Of a DNA stretch of 64,000 nucleotides, positions 56,501 through 64,000 are shown one piece after another. Made by a program: the position numbers and the translations under genes. The stretch's first letter is position 1, and every line of letters begins with the position of its first letter. The DNA is from Entomortierella parvispora E1425 (taxonomy: Eukaryota > Fungi > Mortierellomycota): the NCBI GenBank assembly GCA_020891255.1, contig BQFW01000013.1, forward strand, positions 1 through 64,000, in the 5' to 3' direction. The notes beneath the pieces were generated by a model. The model searched no databases. It saw nothing but the letters and a program-made list of their open reading frames with translations, and had not been told where the DNA came from.

Positions 56501-58316
56501 AAATAAATGCGCACATGGCCCGATGTTCCGACACGTTTCGGAGAGGCATTCCTGCGTTGACGCCTAGGATCCCAACAAAATACACGAATCCGCTATCCTT
56601 GAGGAGATCATTCTGGAAGGAGCGATCGACAGCCAACAGTCTCGCCCAGATGAAGACCAGTACCGGCTTCAAATCGGCGGCGGGACTCTGCAAGAGCTTG
56701 AGGACATAGGGTGAAATACCAACAGCCAGTGCGTGATTCACTGCCCATGGACCTAGATCCAAAAACTGACTGAGCAAAAGCAGAGCACGAAGTCGATGCA
56801 CTTGACTCAACAGGACCTGAAGGACGATGGCCAATTGTTCCGGGGCATCATGTGAAGGACTGCCATGTCCCAGCCACACCTCAAATGCCATCAATTGTTC
56901 TGTGAAGAACATACTGGGCAGATATTCGATCGGCGTAGCACTACCCTCGGACTGGAGCAATCCAGGCAGCTGCGCGAGGCACATGTCCAAGGCCAAATCC
57001 CATGAATCCCACATGGGATGTTGATGTGTTGGTGGTAGTGCTGGTGAAGACATGGGTGTGCATTTTTGAGACCGCATGATACGGTCGGCCAAAAGGTAGT
57101 TACGGAAGAGCGCGGCAACCATCAGGTCCTGTCTGAAGAGTGTTTTGAATAAATCCCTGGAGAGGACATTCCAGGCTATCGTGTCCGTGATCGAGGTGAA
57201 GATCCAGTTCAGTTCTCCAAGTGGCGTACGACGGTCGTTGAGCTTTCCAGGGATTCGCGTCACCATCTCCACAGTGACGTTGTGGAGGAGAGGGTGCTGG
57301 AGAACAAACCATCGGAGGGCGATCTCGATTGGGGTGGTGAGACAGGCAGTGAAAATATCGGCAGGCAGGTCTGGGTTCATCGGTAAAGAGTCATCAGGAC
57401 CACAGGCCGCCAACTGAATGCAGTCTCTGAGAGGAGGTGGAGGGTTTGTGCCCGGTTGCGATCCTGCCTGCTTCGCGGCTTCCTGATCCCGTTTTTCTGC
57501 AAAGCGGTTGAAAGAGAGGAGGATGTTTCCAGCCGCTGAGCAGTCGTAGACGTAGATGCAGGGCGATCCGAGCCAGCTCTGAAGGTCCAAAAGCGAGACG
57601 GGTATATATTGGGTATAGTTTTTGTTGAACACCCAGATTTCTCCACTTGAAGTAGGCTTTGGGACTCCGTGGCCGTTGTAGTGGAAGAGGATGCGTTCTT
57701 CCTTGGCATTTCGCCTCAAAACACAGCACAGCTTCTTGGTATCCTCCATCGAAGGGTCCAATGCGGCCTTATAGCGGGCGCGAGGCTGCCATACTTCGTA
57801 CTGTGCCTGCAGTGCCTTTCCAATGTTTTCGAGAGATTTGGGAACAGGAAGGACAAAAGGGTCGATCCAAGCCTCGAGTTTGGCGCAGGGGTTGGTCTTG
57901 ACCACATCTGGAGGGTCGATACCAATGTTGAGACAGAGAACAAGTGCCACCGAGATAGTCTTGAGCTTTTCACGCATACGCCAGTCCTGGAGCGGATCCC
58001 ATTCCCGAAGCGTAATCTCTGCATCGTGGCCCGTCGTCACTTCATGTCGCTTGTCCGTGTAGAACATGTAGTACGGCAGCCCATTCTCATCATAGTCGAG
58101 CTCAAAACCATGACGAAAGGGGAGCTCTTCCTCATCGTCGTCTCCGTCGAGAACTTCGCCCTGCTGTCGAAACCCGTCCTCCGGTCCAGTCTGGTCGTCC
58201 ATGTCCTCGTCTTGGTCATGGCCATTGCTCGAATTCATGGCAGCGTTGACTAGAGTGCTGTTGGTGCTCCTTGCATCCTCATTGTTGTCATTATCGTTGT
58301 GTCGCGGCCTCATCAA
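53581..58316 (-). CDS. KOG1: TORC1 subunit Raptor/Kog1 (RNC + HEAT + WD40), multi-exon
   Basis: WRMREKLKTISVALVLCLNIGIDPPD, LFHYNGHGVPKPT, PADIFTACLTTPI, PEQLAIVLQVLLSQVHRLRAL, C-terminal WD40s (AGFGDGAVRVYD). Confidence 0.98.
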
Positions 58317-59661
58317 TGACTGTGCGTGTTATGGCTTGAAGTCAGTGGAACGTGTCCTTCTATAGGCATGCATTGTCCTAGGTTAGTGTCGTTCGCATTC
58401 AAGACTGCACTGGGGCTTACAGACTTTTCATATTTCAACAAGAAGACATCAAGCGGCCACTTGCCTTGAGATGTGTGTGATAAGGGGAGTAGTCAAAGGG
58501 TGAGGGTGATGCGAGCGGGATGCGGAGTTGTGCGGTTGGCGCATGCTTCTCGCGGAAGAAGGATGCATGCAAAGCGAGCAGGGTGGGTCGCGGTTGTAGC
58601 ATATGCATAGATTGTTCTACTTTGACGTAAGTGTGGGTGTGGTTGGAACCCTTAATTTCTAATTCTGACCCTTGGTGTGAGGGTGTCTTCGGAGAAGGAC
58701 GGGGGGGAGGTGAAGATCTTGGGGCAGCCCACGGCTGCGGTGCCTTCTCTCCCCCAGGAGAGGCGAGGTCCGATAAACCAATGGCAGCAGGGGTCCATGG
58801 ACACTTGTCGTTGACCGAGACGGGCAGCAACCTTATCATGGACAGGTCCTCTCATTCGATAGGTCCTCTCCATTTTGTAGACTCAAAAAATCCTCGAACG
58901 ATGCTCTTTTTGGTTTTGGGGCTGGCCGCTGCTGTTGGCTGCCTTTCATTTTATTCATGATTCATGGTCCAGCAGCAGCTCCTTTTAGGTCCGTCGTTGT
59001 GGCCTGAGCTTGAGCTGAGCTGAGTCGGTGAATGGGGCCTTTTTTTGTCGAAATAGATTTCGCCCCATTATTTCCCTATCACGTATCGCTGTTGGGTCAA
59101 AGGCAAAAGGGAAAACAGCAGAAAAGTCATTCTCGTCGTCCCACACAACGCACTCTCAAACACACTCACTCACACACACCCACAGACCCAACGATATGAA
59201 AAAAGGGCGGAATAGAGTGCGCTGTTGTGGGTCGATGATTCGCAATTGGTGGCGAGTCTTTTTTATCCTTCCAAGTTACTCATAGACTCACAGGCTGATA
59301 GTACTGTACCCACGCCACAGCAAGAACACGCCAAAAAACATGAGCTGAGCAACAAACAGGGCAGAGATCCCCATCAGTCGACCCACGGATACATGGTTCC
59401 ACTGTCTTTGATATGGTTGCAATTGCTTTGGGTCAATGACTCCAACTCGGACCACTGAACGATCGGTGGGTGCGGTGCTGGCCTGTTGCTGTTGGGTAGG
59501 AGGGTGATCCCATAAATTGTTGTGCCATCCTCGTGCCCCTCTTCCCTCTCTCTTCTTCCCACTCCATCTTTCTCCTTCACTCTCTTCTTCTCTCTCTCTC
59601 TTCTCTTCTCTTCTCTTCAGTTCTCCCTTCCCTTCCCCAGACTCTACCTCTCTTTTATAGA

Positions 59662-60039
59662 ATGACCGTCGCCGTCGCTCCTCAAACTGCCATGTCAGGT
59701 ACAACCGCCACCAAGAAGAAAGTCAGCTATGCCAACCTCGGAGTCGGTGCCGCCATGAACATGTTCGAGGTCACCACCCTGGGCCAGCCTTTCGAAGTTA
59801 TCAAGACCCATTTGGCTGCTAACCGTCAAGACACCATGGTCACCGCCTTCAAGAAGATCTATCAGCGTGGAGGCATCTCGGGCTTTTATCAAGGGTAATT
59901 ATCATTGTTCGGATGAAGAAGGGCCTGTTCTTTTGGGTCTTGGGGGGCGGTTCACTTTATGCGTTACAAGAGGCCATTAATTGGGTTCAATGGGTCTCAA
60001 TCCCTTATCCAAGTGTTTCGCGCTCACGAACAAAAGTGG

Positions 60040-60089
<50 letters not shown>

Positions 60090-61356
60090 ATTGCAAGCCC
60101 TGTTGAGGGTGACGATGACAATGACACAGAAACAATTGCCGACATGACTGACCTGATGCCGACGGGGACAGACACCAGACAGACAGACAGACAGACAGGC
60201 AGACAGACAGACAGACAGACAGACAGAGGACCGCTCGTTCTATCTCTCGACTACCCAGGAAACCCAGCCAGCGGACCCGATGACCTTCCGCCCGTCGCCC
60301 GACAGGGTTCTGAGACTGCTCTGCGACAGACAGGAGATTCCTTTATTCAGACCATGCGCCGTAGCAAGAGGCTAGATCGGATCATGGGCGTTTCCTACTA
60401 TCCCCCACGGCAACAAACGAGCGCCGACCGCCTTTTCTTGTGGACGGATTCTGGAATAGGCACATGGTGTGGGGAAAGGGACGCGCACCCTGTCCGGAGA
60501 GGGAGCCCTGTTCAGGGAGGGCAGCGACAGCCTGACATCTGAAGATGAGATCCTTTCAATTCATGTGACTAATCTGTATCCTTTTCTCGATCTGGTAACG
60601 TCTTGGTTACGGTTCATCTCTTTTTCTTTTCTTTCTAGATTGATCCCTTGGGCCTGGATCGAAGCTAGCACAAAGGGCGCAGTACTCATCTTTGCCGCTG
60701 GTGAGATCGAATACGTTGCCTTGAACTCTGGCATTTCCCCCTTCGCAGCAGGTCTGGTTGGAGGCATGGGAGGAGGACTCGCTCAGGCTTACACCACCAT
60801 GGGTTTCTGTACATTCATGAAGACAGTCGAGATCACCCGTCACAAGGCCGTGGCCGGTGCCGGTGGTGCTCCTCAAGTCTCCACATTCGCCGTCGCGTCC
60901 GATATCTTTAAGCGCGAGGGTATCCGTGGTATCAACAAGGGTGTCAATGCCGTGGCTTTGCGTCAATGTACCAACTGGGGTTCGCGTCTGGGTCTTTCTC
61001 GTCTCGCGGAGGAGACGATCCGCAAGTTGCGTGGCAAGGACACTGGCGAGTTGGCCAAGATTCCTTTGAACAACTGGGAAAAGATTGCCGCCTCGGCCAT
61101 CGGTGGAGGTCTCTCGATCTGGAACCAGCCTATTGAAGTTATTCGTGTCGAGATGCAATCACAGCTCAAGACCGCAGGACGCCCAGAAAAGATGACTATC
61201 GCCAACTGTGCGCGCTGGATCTGGCAGACCAACGGCCTCAAGGGCTTTTACAGAGGCACCGTTCCCCGTTTCGGTTTGGGCATGTGGCAAACCATTTGCA
61301 TGGTCGCCGGAGGTGATGCCTTGAAAAAGTATGTCAACGAAAGGTATGGCAAGTAA
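59662..61356 (+). CDS. YHM2: Mitochondrial citrate/2-oxoglutarate carrier Yhm2; intron 59895-60638
   Basis: NLGVGAAMNMFEVTTLGQPFEVIKTHLAANR...GFYQG|LIPWAWIEASTKGAVL, QAYTTMGFCTFMKTVEITR, RQCTNWGSRLG, WNQPIEVIRVEMQ. Confidence 0.96.
60044..60227. repeat. (GT)~21 and (CAGA)~12 microsatellites inside the YHM2 intron
   Basis: Visible at 60044-60085 and 60176-60227. Confidence 0.92.
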
Positions 61357-61697
61357 AAAAAAAAAAAAGTGAACTTGCCTACTAGACTTCTTTCTGTTCA
61401 CCTCTCGTATACCTTTGGCCCCCTTACCATCCTTCACACCTTCCTTTCTCGACAAAACCTTCGAACTTGTAATTCTACTTTCCACCCCAAGACACTCTTA
61501 AACAATAAACCTTGCATTCCAATGCCCGTTCAATTGAAATTCAAACATATCCATTGTCATCTCATGATGTCCTTGAAAAATGCGATGTGTTTATTGTTTT
61601 GTTGTGGGAGAGTATGCGAAAAGGGTGTGTGGGGTAACTGGTCTTTTGTTTCATTATCTATTGGGTACAATGTTCCTTTGATCAAAAATGCCTTTCC

Positions 61698-63550
61698 TTA
61701 GACATCCTCGCCGCTCTCCTCCTCCTCGTAATCGCTCTCCAGAACCTCGTCCATGTCAATATCAGCACCATCCATCTCCTCTTCTGACTCGGGTTCGTCA
61801 TCATCGGGCATAGCGACAACCTTCTCCTTGTCGGTCCTGGAGCTGGCAACGATCACAGAGCGACCCTCGAAAGCGCGACGGACACCGGCGTTGGTGGCAA
61901 TGTCCCAAATGTTGACCTTGCCAGCGGATCCAGCCATGGCCAAGTTGAAAGGAGCATCAGGGCAGAATGTAAGAGAGAAGACCTGGCCGATATCGTTCTT
62001 GACCTGACGACTGGTCACCATCGAGGGGCGGTTCTCCTTGACGTCCCAGACCTTGACGGATCCATCAGTCGATCCAGTGACAATGCAGCCCTTGACCGTG
62101 GTGTTCACGTCCATGGCCGAAACAGCCTTATCGTGAGCATGAAGTCTGAAAACGGGCTGAGCGCCTCCCTGACGACCATCAAAGTACTGAACCATACCGT
62201 CGTCCGTTGAAACATAGAAGCAGTTGGCATCATGAGGATCCCAACGCAAGCACTCGACATCAGCCTGCAATCTCCAGGTAGCACGCGCATCTGGTGCTCT
62301 AGAATCAAAGACGGCAACAGTCTTGTCGTAGGATCCTGTCACCAAGGCTGTTGATTCGATGGGGTTCCAAGCCAAGGCCTGGACCTTGTCTGTGTGGTGG
62401 TGGAAAGAGTGTGCGCATTGCTGGGTGGTCAAATCCCACAGCTTGACAGTGGTATCAGCGGAGGCAGAGGCCAAAATGTTGCGATGCTGTCTGTTCCATG
62501 CCAACGACATCACAGCATCAGTATGGTATTCCTTGTTGGCCTTCTACTCGCACAAGGAAAAAAAAACTCGGTGTGAGAAGCATATCATTGCTAATTGGGG
62601 GTGCACCGATATTTCAATGTATATCGCTCTTGTTACCTTTGACTTCTTGGCGCCCTTCTTCTTTGTCTTTTCTGGGGCTCCCAAAACGGCGTCTGGGTAC
62701 ATGTTGTCGATTGTGTCAAGATCCCAAATCTCAATCTCAGGGTCGAATGTTCCAATGGCGACATAGTTGCCAGGACCATCCATAGCGCTCTTGCGTCCAA
62801 CGCGGAAATCAAGCCACTCCAAGCACAAGGGGAAGGCGGGAAGCATAATGTCGTGGTGAACGTACATATTGCCCTCGTTCTCCTCAGATTCGTCGTACAA
62901 GTAGATCTCCAAGTGGGAAATGTCGTCCTCAGTCTTGGCGGCGAGCAACAAGGTATCCGTGGGCTGGATCATAATATCCTCAATATCCTCGTCTTCCTCA
63001 TCCTTCAAGGTGATGTATGGATCCTCGCGGTTTGATGTGTAGTATGTGAGTCCCTTCAAGTTGCTGAAAATGCTGGCCTCTGTAAAAAGTTTGATCAAAG
63101 CGAAGTTCAGATTAGTGCCGATCCCATTTCTTTTTTAAGAAAGCAAAAAGCAGTCTTTTGAAGGTTCGCACGAACTGTACCTTGAGCCTCAGGCTTCTCC
63201 TCATCATAGTCATCCAAGTTGTACTCGGCGAGCTCGGGGTTCATTTCCTTGATAGTCTCAACGGCCATTCCGTTGGCACTAGAGGGACAACGAAGTTAAT
63301 ATGTAAGCTGCCATTCTAGTTTTCTCGAATAATGGCACCATCCAAGTCCTAGTTCTATATCAGCCGCACTAGTGGCGTTACACACTTACATGTCCTCGGC
63401 TCTCTGGGCTTCAGCAAGCTCCTCTTTGGCATCGGCGAGATGCTGGGCAGCAAACTCATTGATGCGCTTGAACTCTTTCTCGTCCAAATCGTACTTGTCG
63501 GGTCTGGCCTGAGCAGCACCACGACGAACCCATTGCAATGCTGAAATCAT
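61698..63550 (-). CDS. PWP1: Periodic tryptophan protein 1 (WD40, ribosome biogenesis), multi-exon
   Basis: MISALQWVRRG start, YVHHDIMLPAFPLCLEWLDF, AIGTFDPEIEIWDLD, LASASADTTVKLWDL, HTDKVQALAWN. Confidence 0.96.
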
Positions 63551-64000
63551 TGTCGAATGTATATGTGTTTATAACTGTGAATGGGGCGGGAGAAAAGAAG
63601 GGATGAAGGTCGCCCGAGATTCGAATGAGCTGGTGGGTGAAGAGAGAGAGGGCGGGGACTAATGGCGACAAACACGACGATGCGGTGCAGCACAACTACA
63701 AAAAAAAAAAAAAAAGTGTTTTTCGTGACTGCATTTTCCAAGCCACGCTTTGTGCTTGACCCCCCACACGCAGGCACAATCCCGCAGAAATACTGAGCTG
63801 GGACAAAATGAATGGTACAAGTCTTGAATAGTTGATATCTTCAATGAGAACTGTATATTTGTAATGCGTTACGAGACGGTAGGGTGGAGAGGGGGTGGAG
63901 CAGGGAGGGAGTGGGGTAGCCAGAGGAGGTATTAAAGTCGTTTCTCTATTTTAAAACTCTTCGGTTGAATTTTTCTTTACAGATCAGGGCGCAACATGAA

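Overview
This window is the left end of a fungal chromosome. Short GT-AG introns with poly-T tracts and the gene content suggest an early-diverging fungus, probably Mortierellaceae/Mucoromycota (inference). Bases 1-159 are a telomere with the variable unit CCCTAAAAAA (T6AG3 on the G-strand). About 5.6 kb of subtelomere follows, with a decayed ORF cut by the telomere, two 18-bp minisatellites, a long polypurine tract and decayed duplicated fragments. From about 5.8 kb the window holds 20 protein-coding genes (17 spliced, 3 apparently intronless) and 2 tRNA genes. Housekeeping genes: acyl-CoA oxidase, threonine aldolase, Apd1, Avt3/4, Per1, Stt3, Kog1/Raptor, Yhm2, Pwp1. Highlights: (i) a head-to-head pair of a divergent LARP7-like La-module protein and a TET/JBP-family dioxygenase whose distal Fe-binding His and 2OG-binding Arg appear substituted; (ii) a FAM72 orthologue 5.6 kb from a muskelin (MKLN1) orthologue, the two proteins that in mammals act together to degrade UNG2; (iii) Integrator subunit 4; (iv) an ADAM-like membrane protein with no pro or metalloprotease domain; (v) a Whi5/Nrm1-like repressor with KEN/D-boxes and MCB/SCB sites; (vi) three CACGTG E-boxes directly upstream of each tRNA gene. 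All exon boundaries and family assignments were made by eye from motif recall; no database searches were run.
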